Positions 10,431 through 42,980 of a DNA stretch of 64,000 nt are shown piece after piece (position 1 is the stretch's first letter; each line of letters starts with the position of its first letter). Source of the stretch: Tubiluchus corallicola (Eukaryota > Animalia > Priapulida); the NCBI GenBank assembly GCA_030141605.1, contig JAQGDQ010000186.1:124001-188000 (forward strand). The letters are read 5' to 3'. A program made the position numbers and the translations under genes. Below the pieces are notes generated by a model. The model did no database searches. It worked only from the letters and a program-made list of their open reading frames with translations, and had not been told where the DNA came from.

Positions 10431-13400
10431 ATGGCCTGGTCCAATATCAGATTTGGAGATTTTTCAAACTCTCCTGGATTACAGCAGCAAGAAAATGGGT
10501 TCACAAGAACATATCTAAAAAATATTTCACTTGGAATGGGAAATTTGGTAAGCCTATAAGTTTGTAAGTGATTTGTTTAATTTGTAGTGCTAAAATATAT
10601 CTTTTCGACATATAAAATGTTTTATGTAGGCCTAATATAGAAATGTAAATGTCGTATAATTAAGACCAAGCATGTTGGTCTATCACTCCATCTCCAGTGT
10701 GATGCAAGCACACTCATGGGAAATCAAAATATCAGCTTACATTGAGCAGCAACTCTCTTTAGTAATGACATGGCAACTAATGTCTAATCAGCAGATAAAC
10801 TGAGTGTGCTTTTTTGTACATAATTGTAAATTTGCAAATTAGCAATTATTTTTGCATGAATTAAAAGTTCGAGCAGCCAACTTTATAATTTAAGTAGAAT
10901 GTTGTGACAAAAGAACTACAAATGTATAGTCGTGAGTGTCAAATCAGGTTGTTACTGTAAAGGAACTAAGCCAGTAAGCCCAGCTTTAAAACAAATGGGC
11001 AACAAAAATATTTACGAAAATCTCTCTTGCCTTTGAATATATGAACATATCATACCTGCTAATTTTTCTACATTTTATCCACTTTTTGCATCTTTCCAAC
11101 TGTATGTTAGGCCACGGAAATGGAAAAAATTTTATTGTTCCATTCCATAGATGACCCTTATATCGACTCTCCGAGTTACGTAAGCCTCACTGACATCTTT
11201 TAACCATGATTATAACCAAAAAATAGTTTAATAGTAACTATTTCAGGTAGCTAATATTACATTAATATATAATATAAATTTTGACCACACTTGAATTAAA
11301 GAGATACCGTGAAGATCTTATTGAAGTTTATAAAACGCTATCCATGAAAGAAAACATTTTGCCTGAAAATTTATTTAATTTAGTTGTTGATTCAAAAACT
11401 AGAGCACATTTTTTAAAGAGCGGTCACGTCTCGACAGTCGTAAATATACATTTACTGTGAAAATAGGGAATGAATGGAATAATTTGCTTGCTGGGCCAAC
11501 TCTAGTAAAGTTAAATCTTGGAATCTATGAGTGTGCGTTGTCGAGAACTACGTCAGTATGGCATATCTTGAGTTAAAGTGTTTTTTACTCATTTGCATGG
11601 ATTTGCTCTTGCAAACTGGTTCTTGAATGTAAACATAGTGTTAAATTTGCATCGTAATCAATTACCCGTGTAACTGTCATTCAAGTCAGTAGGATAGCTG
11701 CCATCGTGCCCAACTGGCCATGTAATTAGCTGAATTAGGCTTCTTTCATTGATCTATATAAAATAGTATTTTTTCTGTGCCAAAGGCCTAGCTAGCCAGG
11801 AATAACATAGCACTGACAATTGTTATGTTGCTCCTTTGCTCATTATCGAGGATAACCATGGCCACAGTATAATAGGTATGTTTAAAGTCTTTTTGTATTA
11901 GACTTAACGTATACATTTAATGTAATCATGTCGTAATTTATTCATATTGTAGTTTCTTTTCTCTTCATTAAAACATAAAGCTGAAACGTAGGTCTCTTAT
12001 AATAGACCAGTAAACTTTTATTACTAAATGTGTAGTAATTACTCTTGTCTTATTGTCATTGTAAATATCATCATTGTAAAAATGTAACAGTCATCAATAA
12101 TTATGCAAATATTTTAATTACTTATTCTTGTTGTCGATATAAAAGTAAAACTGACATAGATTTAGAAAATTGCTACATATTAAACTCAATTCAGTATTTG
12201 TTTGAATTGAAAATGTGAAAGTAATTGAATTCAGGGTGCCAGTTCAGTCACCCAAGTTTTGCTCTCCTGCCTATTTTACAAAATTTAAACTTTTTACATA
12301 AAGTTAAAAAGTTAAAAACATTCAATGAAATTGTTAAAATCAAATAAAATATTTTCGAAGAATAATAATCAACCATTCATCGCAATAAAATCAGGTGTTT
12401 TCGACGTGGCGCCGAAACCCACTTCAGCTTGATTTTATGTTTTGAGGGGTAAAATTAAGCATTTTCGACACACGTGCTTAACTTCTATTCATGATAGTTA
12501 CGTAGTATAATATGCCTGGCAATACACAGCAGCAGCTCGTGTCCCAAATGCGTAGCTTCTGGAGGTGTGTGGAAAATCATGCATACTGATTGAGCAGTCT
12601 GCAAAGCTGAAGTGAGCGTGATTGATGATCGGTTTGATGCTAATTATTTAATTACAGAAGAGTCTTATGTTGTGCTACTTTTAAATTGGCCAATTTTTTT
12701 ATATTGTGTGCTTTAATCTCAGGTGCTGCTGTGTTATCATTCACGAAACATTTTTCTTTCAGAATGTTACTGGTGTTGTTCTAGCTAAATGTGACGTAAG
12801 ATCTGTGGTGAAAAAGACAAAGAGTAGTAAGTCATCAAACGCTCACCTTATTTTGTTCGTAACAAGAAATTATACACCATTTATAGATGAAATAAATTAA
12901 ACACTTATGCCACTTCGCTAACTTGTCTTAGCCAACCTAATATATACTTGTAAGCCTAATCATATGTTGTATTGGCATTAAACTATAAATGCTATAATTG
13001 TTAAAATGTTGACTAAATAGACCTAAAATAACGAAGAGGTGTGTGCATGTAAGAGTGACATAGAGGCCATTATTAGCTAATTATCTTAATTTGGATAGTT
13101 GGCAGTGACAAAACTTTTTATTGCATGATAGCCTAACCCATATCATTTTCATATTTGCATCTTTTCAAATCAGCATAGCTCTGTAAAGCGTTTGTAAGAG
13201 GTATACTTACCATTTATAATACTATATTTTATGCGATACTTATTATTAGTGACAGTGGTTTTTTGCAGGCGATTCAGGGGGTGAAACATTCGTTCTCAAT
13301 TTTACACTTCGCGATTCTCTCTCTGATTACTGCAACGTAGCTTGCTGGGGTTCTATTGAATATATAACAGCCACTTCTGAGGCATTTGCTATTGGAGATA

Positions 13401-16400
13401 TAGGTACTAAATTGAGGTACTAGTTTGAGTTTGGTAATCAGATGATAGCTTTGCAATTGAGCAGTTTGTGGGTTGTAATTGTTGAAGAAAGACTACTCTT
13501 ACTCAAGATCACATGGTGTATGTATGAATTATCTTTATGAGACAGTGTGCAATTATAGTAAAAAAAATTTCGTGTGGATTGTGTGGAAGTACTATACAGT
13601 AAACATTTATCCAATTCTGGCTTATCTGTATTAAAGCAGCACATTGAACAGTGTTTGTAGTATCAGCTTCTCAATTTGCAGTCCTTTATAGGTTTTTCAA
13701 CTGCGTTTTGTATATAGAAACAGCAAACAAGGCTTAAGTGCAGGTAAAGCAGTTTTCTAATCTCAGAAACAGACTCAGAACTTCAGTTGTATTAGGGTGT
13801 TTATAATAACTGATGCATGTTCATCATTCTGCACCTTGATTATGCAGCAAATCTTTGAAATTTTAGATAAGGCATTGTAAATTGGTTAACATGTAAATAA
13901 TTTTTGCCTTTAGAGTTGGTTAGACTAATGATCTAGTTTAATGATTTGATTCATACTTTAGTTGAGATTCAAAATGCTCAAGCTCAACAAAAGGGTGAAC
14001 AGGATGATTTGTTCCTGCCATCAACGTCATGGTATGTATAATATCAAATTTAAAAAATCTGAAAAATTTAATTGTCTCTCTTGCTCAATGAGTCTCCTTA
14101 TGGTTTTATAAAGTTTTTGTACTTGAAAAATATTTCTGGTAAGTTTTGTAACAGTTTTAGTTGAACAAGTTATACTAGCAACCCATGTTGCTTGGTTGCG
14201 AGTTTTTGTACTATAAGTTTTTTACACCTTAATGCTTAATGAGCACTCTGCATTTTCAGTTCATTTGTGCTAAAGTTGTCAGAGAAGAATTCCATTGTAA
14301 CACAGCACCATGATTGGACTTCTGAGGTTGTATGCTTTTAAGTCTCCAGTATTTCTGTTAGAGTGTGAGTTGTTTTTCATATGAGCGTAAGACCTTTTGA
14401 ATTGTAAAGCATATGCACCACATAAGTTTTAGGTGCAAACATGTTCTCCCTGTAAGTTCAATAAATCCAGTAAGTCCATTTTTTGCCAAATTGAATTATT
14501 TGTATCATGCAGAACATTCTTAATACCTTATTAAGCCAGTTATTAACTAATTAATAAATCTAATAAATCCATTTTTCATGCAAGAATACATTATTTCTGC
14601 ATTGTGTTATAAGCCTCAGAAGATGCCTGTATGCCAAAAATTGTGCAAATCCTCATTCACAGCCCAATTGCGTAACAACTTTTAAAACTTTTTTTAAGTT
14701 TTACTTTGTGAATACTCATAATCAAAGCTAGAAACTATAAGTTACTTAATGTGTTAAAGCACTTTTGCCATCATATAATATTACATATAGGAGGTAGATA
14801 CTTAAGAGTTCAGCAAAGAAGCTTTTTATTGTTGTTAATCTTGATATTGTCCTCATACATTAAGAATTTGGCTCATTAACTGATCTGGTCAGTTTCTAAT
14901 TGGTAGCTAGCATAAGCACTTAAACAACATGTTTTTTCTAAAGTTAGTGCTTGATGAATAATCATATAGTGTTGTGGATTATAATAACACTTGCTGATTT
15001 TCTGCATTGATGCTAAGTCTTGTTTCGAATAGATCTTTTGTGATACACAGTTTTGTTATTTGCTATTTTTGTGAAACACTAGGTATTGTTCAAGTAATAA
15101 GTAATCAGTATTATTCAAGTAAAAAAATGTTAACTAAAATTTGCAGTGCTTACTGCTTTGTTCATTTTATAAATAAACATTAATACTGAAGTGGAAAACC
15201 GGAAAGTATAGAGTCAATTGACTGGCTTTAATTTTTGTATCCCTAGCTGCATGTTAATTTGTTAAATTTAGTGATGCAATTAAAAAAATAGGGAGCGTTA
15301 GGAAAATAGTGAATCATTAAAAATTTAGTAAACAAAAATAAAAAAAATCAAGAACAGTGTTAAATTTTATTAGTGCCTAAATGTCACATACCTTAAAACA
15401 CTACTTTAAAATTTATTTTTTCCTCTACAAACTGGTAAAGGCCTTTTATTGTGTACTCAATCAAAATTTGAAGGTAATTCATTAAACTGTTGCTTATTGG
15501 CGAGTGAAAGCAATTTTTCTTGTATTTCTCAAAACTAGCTGAAGTGGGCTTACTAAGGATTTCTGGAAATAGGAGTATACTAGGCCGTTTTCTTAATTTA
15601 TCTGAAGTAGAAATTCGTGCCACTGATGCACCAAGATTGCTCATCTGAACAGTTTTATATATAGCTGAACATTTGTGTAGCTAAGGACAGGGCACTCAAG
15701 CAAAGTAATATACTAATTAGGTGCTTACTGTTTGTTAGTGGGATAAAACTGAATAAAGGAGACTAATTAGAACACACATATGGATTTTAGATGTACTAAA
15801 TGTATATGGTATGTAGTAAGTTAAGGTATGAAGAGCATAAATCTCTATGACATTTAGAGGGTTGATCACTCAGAGACTTAAATGAATAGGAGATCAATAA
15901 ATAGGCTGATGCACTGTCAGAAGAGACAACCTTCTCTGGGTTAATGTGTTAATGGTAACAATCTGTTTAATTTCAGGAGCAAATGATCAATTTATTGCAT
16001 GTTCCAATTCATACAGATTTTGTCAGTCTTCAGTACATTTCCCAAAATGAGGAGAAGCTGCAGAATAAGCTTGTAAACATTCTGGGTGTTGTTAAGCACG
16101 TATGTACATGATGCTGTTTCATGTAATTTAGTTACCATTAAAGTAAAAGCTCCTCACTCTTCCTGTGAGGAGCTTTTTTGGCAATTGTAGTATATTCTAA
16201 CTTTTGATGTGGTTACTGCTTTTTAAGCTGTTCAGATGTTGTAAGCTTTATTAATCCTTGTTTGTGTGTCTTTTTGAAGTAAATTAGATAACATTTTAAG
16301 GGTACATTAGCTTCTGTTGGTTACTAGTACTTTCTGCAGATAGTGGATCCTGGTTAGCGACATTATCATGCAAAATAGCACAATAATATGTATAATGTAT

Positions 16401-19400
16401 ATGTACTTGTATAAGAATAGTATATATAATGTGTGATACATTTACCGATAAAAAGAAATATCAAGTACAATAATCTGGTGCCGTATCACTGAAAACTAAA
16501 GTAAAAACAGTTATTTTTTTAATTAGGTTGACTGAAAACTAAAGTAAAGACAGCTATTTTTTGAAATATGTTGAAAAGAGATATTATTTTGTTCTAACAT
16601 TTTTTATAGTGGTACATATTGTTACCATCCTTATAAACATATACTGATTAGGTATAATGCATGCATATACAAATAAACACTACTACATATTTATTAACCT
16701 GACTCAGTGTGGGTCTATGTATTATATTATTTTTCAAACAGTATCTTGCCTTGGGCCTACAAATTTTTACTCTGCTCGAACAGGCATGTCTGAAATCAGT
16801 TTGCCTGAATCCTGCAAATGAAGCCAAGAACAGCTTTGTCAACAAATTAATTTTCAATCTTTAGCTAAGTCTTTTAATCTTTAATCTTTACTGAATGAGC
16901 TATTCTTAAAAAGTATGAGTATTGCATGTTCAAATGCATTGTGATAATATGTGACTGTCACAGTCAGTTGGGTGTTGATGCTCGATTAGTTAAGGTCGTG
17001 CTTAGTATTGCTTACTGTGATAATTTTCTGTAGGTTGGAGTCGTGCAAGATGTAAAGACGAAGGCAGGAAAACAACTGAGAGTTTTAGAGGTGAAACTTT
17101 GTGACAAAAGTTTCAGATCTTTCCCTCTGATCATGTGTGTATCATTAAAGTTACTCTTGTTTGTTTGTCATTTTCATTACATTCAACTTGTTGGCCACTG
17201 TCATTTCTGAGCATATAAACTATGTATTCATCTGATAAGTTAACACAATAGCAACATCATTAATTTGCTTAGTGGTCTGTTCAATATCAATATTCAAAAA
17301 AAACTTTTGTATTTTAGGTGGGAAGAACAGAATATTCAGCTAGCTCTGCAATGGAGACCTAAAGACACTGGTAATTATATTTCTAATAATCTGTACTCCA
17401 AAAGCAGTACCTAAATCAGGTGCGATACATCTACAAGCTGATATGCGGATGATTGAATAATTAATTCGTCATGCCTGTTAACACTAATTATCTGTAATTT
17501 GTGTTTGCTTATTTCTAATTTAACATGTTTTAGTTGTCCATGCCAGTGACATGAAAGTTTCTCACGACAGTTACCGTAATGCCATTTCAGGAAAATCCAA
17601 CAGCAAAACTATTTTTGTGATAAATCCTGGTGAGTTTTTAAATGCAACAGTGAATAATAAACTAGTTATTACTTTCACTATTGGGATTTACTAAACTATT
17701 ACACACAAACTGTTAAAGATAGCTTGTGCTATTATTACATTACCTTGTTTACTGACGATGTCTACTTTGTATACTACTACCACAGCAATTTATAAATTAG
17801 CAGACATTTTTGTAACTGTTCAAAAAATGTATTTATGCAATGTTCTTTTCATAGATTTTCCTCCAGCAAGAGAGCTGTATAAATGGGCACAGACTTTGAG
17901 ATCTGATTTTTTTGATGTTGAAAGTGACACTTACTTTGTTGCAGATGAGAATATTGATGGTGATTTTAAAAATCAGTTTTCTTTATTACTGTATTCAGAT
18001 TCTAGATTGATTATCAAAATTGCAAGTTTATAATCTCATGATGATGTTCTTATTTAGTGATGTCCTGGATGAGCTGTCTGCCTCGTTAACATTCTTTCAT
18101 TAAATGGAATTATTTAAGAAACTACATGATATGCTAGCAACTTTAAGCAAGGTTTCACTAAATGATTCTCTGCCAAATTTGTGTGTTTTTCTGTTAAAAT
18201 GTGGTAAATTAAAATTGTAAAAGAAAATGCATGCCAAATGTGGCAATAAAATAAACTTTCAAATTGGATAATGTACTATAACTGAAGCTGAATAAAAAAC
18301 AAACAAACTGAGTGTTGTTTGAAACACACAGAAGAAATGAAAATTGTTACAATAACTTGTACTTACTTACCGAAACACGAATTTGCTTCTTTACAAACTT
18401 TTTGTGGCACCTGCTGATAAATCTATAATGATTTAAAGTACTTAGCTAAACCATTACATAAAAACACAACATACATACATGATGTTAGCATGAATACTTG
18501 TTGCACAGATCTGGAATCATTTTGCGAACAGAGAGGTGATAATTTTGGGAACTCATGCACTGAATGATTTCAAAATCGACGGGTACTGAAGAAGGTAACA
18601 TCTGTAAGACTATAATTACACAAATTTTTAAGTTTCAGCTCGGCTTCTTTTTGGAGTTATAGCAAATGTCACAAAAAAAAACAAAAAAGGAACAAACATG
18701 TACACATGTCTTGAACAGTATATCGACTTAGCTTGCATGGTCTGCCAAAAAAGGTAAACTTGTTGTAGGACAAGGTCTTGTCAGTATAATAAAGCTGTAT
18801 GTGTTATCTTTGGCAGCTGGGTGTTTTAGCTCAACAGTGACTGCAATAGAATGAACCTATGGACCCAAATTATTCAGTTGTTAAGTCATGTGAGTACATC
18901 GAATGTGCAAGACTATCAAAAGCATAGATATTTTTTAACTTAAAATTGTATTATCTTTTATTTTCCATCGCTGATTTTGTGCACCTGAGCATTTCCATTA
19001 GAATTGATGTTTCAGTGTCAACAGTGAGGGACATATACCGAGTAGAAGATGTGAAGCAAATGCAAGCTGAACAGGCAGGAACAGCAAGCAGTATTATTTG
19101 TATACTCTACTGTTTTGTAACTCAATTTGATATCGATGGATCCACAAACAAATTGACCTCAGTTAGATGGTAAGTTAAGTACAGAAAATTCAAAATGTAA
19201 ATTAATGCCTCTAGTTGTCCAACACGAAATATTAAATGTACAGGTGTTGAACAGAAGAAACCTGTTCAATGAGAAATGCATAATAGCAGTCACCGTTTTA
19301 GTCTAGTGTCTAGTGGCATTGAAGCCAAACCACTTGGATGGAAAGCATGTTGTTAAAAGTACACTTACACTGAAAATTGATTTTTGTTTTTCTTAAGCAA

Positions 19401-22373
19401 CAACTGCAGAAGACGAGTGGCTAATGATACTGGGTTGTGTAGAAATGTCAACTGTCCAATGGGTTCCTCCAATGATGTGCCAGAGTCATTCGTGCAGTTT
19501 GATTTGAATATAAGTCTCTCGGATGATACTGGTACTTTGCAAGCTGTTCGTCTGAGTAGTTCTCCAGCTGAAAGTGTCATTGGTTGTACGGTAACTAGCC
19601 TTATGAAGAATGTTTATTCGCACAAATAAATGCAGGCATACCACAAATAGCAAAAACTTTGGCCTTTTTGAAAACTGCTGTTTATTATCCAGGTGAACGA
19701 GTTTCTCTCATTAGACGAAGAAGAAAAAACTGCAGTTAAATGGAGAATTCTTATGCATAGATTTAAAATTTGTGCTAAGGTAAGTGATTAACTAACTGTC
19801 TGAAATAATCCTGTCATGATCGTTAATGCAAGGTACTCTAGTAGCATGGCCTTCACCTTGTACGCGAAAAGCTCGTGATTCGAATCCAGATGTCTCAAAT
19901 TTTTCACTTTTCCCTATTTTTCGAAAAAGTTTTCATTCTGTCATTAATAATAATCTTGAAATAAAGACTAGTTGACAATGTTTCTGACGAGGTCAGAAAC
20001 TGAAGATTTTGCAACAATAGTTATAAAATTGATAACATAGGTTTATACACATGTATACATAGATAACTTTGCCCAGTGAGTGTACCCTGAGTTTTGTGTC
20101 CCTAGCCCTCAGCATGTAAAAAGTCACCAGATGGGGGGGACCCAAATTTTGCATTTTTCCCCTCCCTCAGGCGTTTAAAACTTGTCAGCTTTTTACACCT
20201 GCTCCACAGTGCCCAAACACTTGTGAAAAAAATTGGAAAAAATCGAAAGCCCTAGGAGGAGATGCGACCTAAAGGAAAAGGTGACCGACGCCCACTGCCC
20301 TTCCCCGTTGACCAGTGTTCAGTGGTCACCACACTGTTGTACGTCCCCTGCCCAGGGCTACCAACCCTCTGAGTTTGGTGACCCTAGCTTGCAAGACTTA
20401 GGAGTTATTAAGCGTTAAAGTGGCAGAAAATAAATAAATAATAATAATAATAACTCAATGAAAAACAGTAAGATTTTGGTATGGCAAAACTACTGTACTA
20501 CCTACTACCGTACTGTACAACTAACTACTGTAGTGTGAGCAAACTATCACTTAGAAATACAAAATTGGTCAGTGAGCTATAATGGCACATTCAGACATAG
20601 AGACTTCTCTTGCATCTTCTCTCTGAGAGTAAAGTTGCAACGTGTGAATGGTTTAGCAAGTTGTTGTGCAACTCTATGAGAGTAAAGTCACACAGCAACT
20701 TATTGCAAACTCAGCAAGAGTTGCTAAGATTTAACTAACGCAAGTTGACACAGTCAGCAAATCTCGCAACAGCATTTAAACTACAGAAATTGCCCTCAGC
20801 AAATTAATGAATTTTTTTGAACTTTGGTCACTTAATTTTCTAAAGCACAAGCCAGTGACTGCCATGCTTGGTTTTTTTCGATTCGGTTGTTGTAGTTACT
20901 ACTGAGAACATCCCACAGGCACGGACTTTATTCAAATTTTTCAATCAAACTTTTTGTTTTCGTCGCAACCATTTCATTGTTGCTCTGTATCATAATAGTA
21001 GCCCAACCTTATTGGTTAAACGGGAAAAAGAGGAAATCTATTTGTGCATCTGAGTTCCAAAAATGGATTGCAGTACCAACTCATAAAGAAATGATATTGT
21101 TTCTGTGTTCCGACAATGGAATAAAGGTACAACAGAGGGACACAAAATGGGCCGAGGCCTACTTTAATAAGTTACCAATTACTACCAAGTATTTCACGTT
21201 TTGAAGAAGCCATTTGCATAAAACTGCTATGTTTTATTTACCTTGTAATTGTCTTCATGTTATTATTATCATAATCATCGTTAATTATTATTGCTGTCGT
21301 TGTTTTTTGTGGCTTATTAAATGTCCCTTCTATTTTAATTTTACAGCAAGCTACAGACAATTAAATAATAATTTAATATTGTTGCCCAGCCTATAGTGTT
21401 GCTATATCCTAATTACTTTTTTAAAGTATTACTTTTCAGCTGGATTTACTTTCCTAAATATAGTTGATCAGTTTAATTAAAAACCGTGAACTTAAATTAA
21501 AAACTGTAAATTTTCACCTTAGTTTGCTTTTGTATCGATTTGGCATTTGTTATTTTAAAGTAAATTTTATTGCTCTATTTCTCTTATTATTTCCAACCAA
21601 ATTATTCCGAAGCTTTATTTTTAATAAGATTTGTTTTAAATAAGATCAGTGGTATTTAGAAATGACTTTCATGTACTTTATCTTGCATTTTACGTAGAAT
21701 GCAGTATAAATAAACAAATGAATAAGTTTTCATAATTTAAATTAAGCATATAAAATGCCTGTGTTAATTAATTACCCATTTGAGATTTTTATTGTGTCAT
21801 TTCAATATCTCAGTGGGCTCCAGCAGGTAGGAGCTCTTGCTGAGCTGCCAACCCGTCACACATTGTAACTTTACTCCTAGAGAGAAGAAGTGCAGCGGAA
21901 CAAGTTGCTAAACCGTTCACACATTGCAACTTTACTCTAAAAGAGAAGTTGCACAATAATATGCCAAAGCATTCACACATAATTCTAGCTGCCATGGAAT
22001 TTGCCTTTAAGCAAGATGTCCCTGGTTCAAATCCTGGCTCTTTTCAGACTTTTTTATATTCGATTTTTTTTGGACAAGTTTGGTTTCAAAATTTTTATTA
22101 CTGTGGATTCATTCCATCATTATGATGTACTATAGGAAATAATTCCTATAATAGGCTATAAAATTCTTGTGAAATGGTCTTTGGAATGCAATAGCTTTGA
22201 AGTTACCTAAAAATAGTAAGAAATTCATTTGTGCTGCCTGTGTATACCATGAAGACTATTTTCTTTAGGTGATTATGCCAAATGAAGAATTTCCTGCAAC
22301 TTCCGTACGAGTATTATCTTGTAAACCAGCAAATTCGACTGATCTCATTCGTGTGTTACAAGACAGAATTTAA
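10431..22373 (+). CDS. MEIOB: Meiosis-specific OB-fold ssDNA-binding protein (RPA1 paralogue), 14 coding exons
   Basis: GT-AG exons in phase: 10431-10547, 12763-12826, 13269-13403, 13962-14031, 14260-14326 (or 14329), 15977-16099, 17034-17134, 17318-17370, 17534-17629, 17855-17959, 19016-19169, 19398-19590, 19693-19779, 22269-22373 (TAA). The translation is collinear with MEIOB as recalled: NVTGVVLAKCDVR, FTLRDS..YCNVACWGS, VNILGVVKHVG, WRPKDTVVHASD, SKTIFVINPD, RCNNC...C Zn ribbon, LSDDTGTL, AESVIGCTVNEFL, EKTAVKW, RVLSCKPA. Confidence 0.93.
11285..11510 (+). mobile_element. CR1-like LINE ORF2 3'-end fragment
   Basis: Translates across a frameshift as RYREDLIEVYKTL...KTRAHF...SRLDSRKYTFTVKIGNEWNNL. 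This matches the CR1 ORF2 C-terminal pattern RGDLIEVYK...TRGH...RKxFF..RV...WNxLP. Confidence 0.75.
16488..16573. repeat. 43-bp tandem duplication (2 copies)
   Basis: actgaaaactaaagtaaa(a/g)acag(t/c)tatttttt...gttg starts at 16488 and again at 16531. Confidence 0.85.
20040..20480. mobile_element. GC-richer interspersed repeat, possibly a non-autonomous Helentron/HINE-like element
   Basis: Internal duplicated motif gagtttt/ggtg(t/a)ccctagc, plus ctaggaggagat and an (AAT)n tail before gaaaaacagtaag. The architecture is recalled from invertebrate Helentron-derived repeats. No TIR or TSD found. Confidence 0.45.
20584..21965. mobile_element. Element with ~55-bp imperfect inverted repeats, possibly a PIF/Harbinger-like MITE
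   Basis: tgcatcttctctctgagagtaaagttgcaacgtgtgaatggtttagcaagttg (about 20611-20663) is the near reverse complement of caagttgctaaaccgttcacacattgcaactttactctaaaagagaagttgca (21901-21953). The motif is repeated subterminally at both ends. Exact termini are unclear. Confidence 0.65.
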
Positions 22374-23305
22374 TCAACTGAACACGCACATTTTAGCTGC
22401 TCAGTTGTCAAAAGAAAAACAACGAATAGCCAAGAAAGGTGCATTGAGTTAGTGCAGCTATGCACTCGCACATTCGTGGGTAGTTAAGACATAAATTTGA
22501 AGTGCTGTTAGGATGTAATTAGTAGTTTTCTTTTTTATAATTTATTTATAAATTATTGAGTTCAAAAATTTTTCATTTATATTTTCATTACATATAAATT
22601 TAATAAATAACAATAACATCAATGAAGCAGTAAATAATTTTTTTAGCTGTGTTTACTGCTTCATTTTTGGTGTTATTTCGTAAGTCTTTTTTACATTTAA
22701 TGTTATCCTAATAAATTATAAAAACCAAAAGAAAAACTAGAAATGCATATTATTTCTTATACACAGACAAAAATCACTTTATTTCGCTTTATTTCAGCAT
22801 GTTGTAGATCACCATGCAGGTTCAAGCTCTTCTAAGACTATTTACAGATGAGCTTTAGCCCTGGAGTCAATATGACACCAGCACTGGCACCCAAGGAGTG
22901 CTTGACCCGCAAAGCATCTTGGCTATACAAAAATACATGGAAATTATCCCATGTTTAAACTGTTTACATATTTTTAAAGAAGAAAACCAATGAAACGGAA
23001 TTAGTAACATGTTTAGTAAAACAGAATATAAGCTGATTTTTGAAAATAAACAAATAAATACAAACTTAACCAAACAAAAATGCATCTCCAAGTTCGCGAG
23101 TTCCCATCCTCGATCGTTTTGGAGAAGCAGAAAGTGATAATCACAAGAGCAGCTAATAAGGACAACTGCTTTAAAGCATTTTCAGTTATTTAGATAAGAG
23201 AAACAATGTAAGTTTAAATGAGATAGAAAAGGGACTTCCTTTTCTCACACTTGCATGTAGAAGACTGAAGACACGGGATGGATATTTGCCAAGAGGTGAT
23301 CGTTG

Positions 23306-42435
<19,130 letters not shown>

Positions 42436-42439
42436 TGCT

Positions 42440-42980
42440 ATCTTAGCCTAAACTTTTTTCTATACATCGTATTACACGTGCACTTTTCAACTTAGAAAAG
42501 AACACAACGATGATCAAACAGGTAAATAAAATGAGCTAACAAGGTCGTTTCTTAATTGTTTTGATGTCACAAATCTTTGTTCGTATCCAAAATGGCCTCC
42601 TTCTCCTTGGAACCGAAAAACGTACAAGAATTGAATTGTATGTAGTTCTTATTTTACTTGCACTAAAAATGCATTAAACAGAAAAGAAAAAATACAGAAG
42701 AAACCACTACCAAAACTTTCTAGGAAACTTTTGTTAATGCGGAGCAATATTTGTAATCATTTCGTTTATGAAGTCACGTTTTAATTAATTTCGAGCGGAT
42801 TAATATGCCTAAACAAGTGAAAAATTTTCGTCAAACCGGTGGTAGATGGCGCTGGTATTTGTGTACTTGGCGACGCTTAGCAGTTTCTGAAAGCAGGCGT
42901 CGAAAATTATTGTGATAAAATTGGAACTAGTAATAATAAAAACTGATAATTATTTCTTTAGTATTACAGATAATCATGGT
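42440..42980. promoter_or_regulatory. Probable bidirectional promoter / 5' UTR region of CNOT3 and CEP131
   Basis: CpG-containing stretch directly upstream of the CNOT3 ATG. Contains YY1-like CAAAATGGC (about 42588), TAGATGGCGC (42843) and a possible plus-strand donor catg|gtaatt (about 42978). The CEP131 ATG exon has its own upstream acceptor (45787), implying a non-coding first exon. TSS positions are inferred. Confidence 0.5.

Noticed and set aside
10367-10567. Poly-Ile, membrane-like ORF
   Set aside because: It is the (ATT)n microsatellite. The real exon is in another frame, starting at 10431.
19835-19900. Possible tRNA gene
   Set aside because: Only a B-box-like motif is present; no acceptor stem or cloverleaf could be built.
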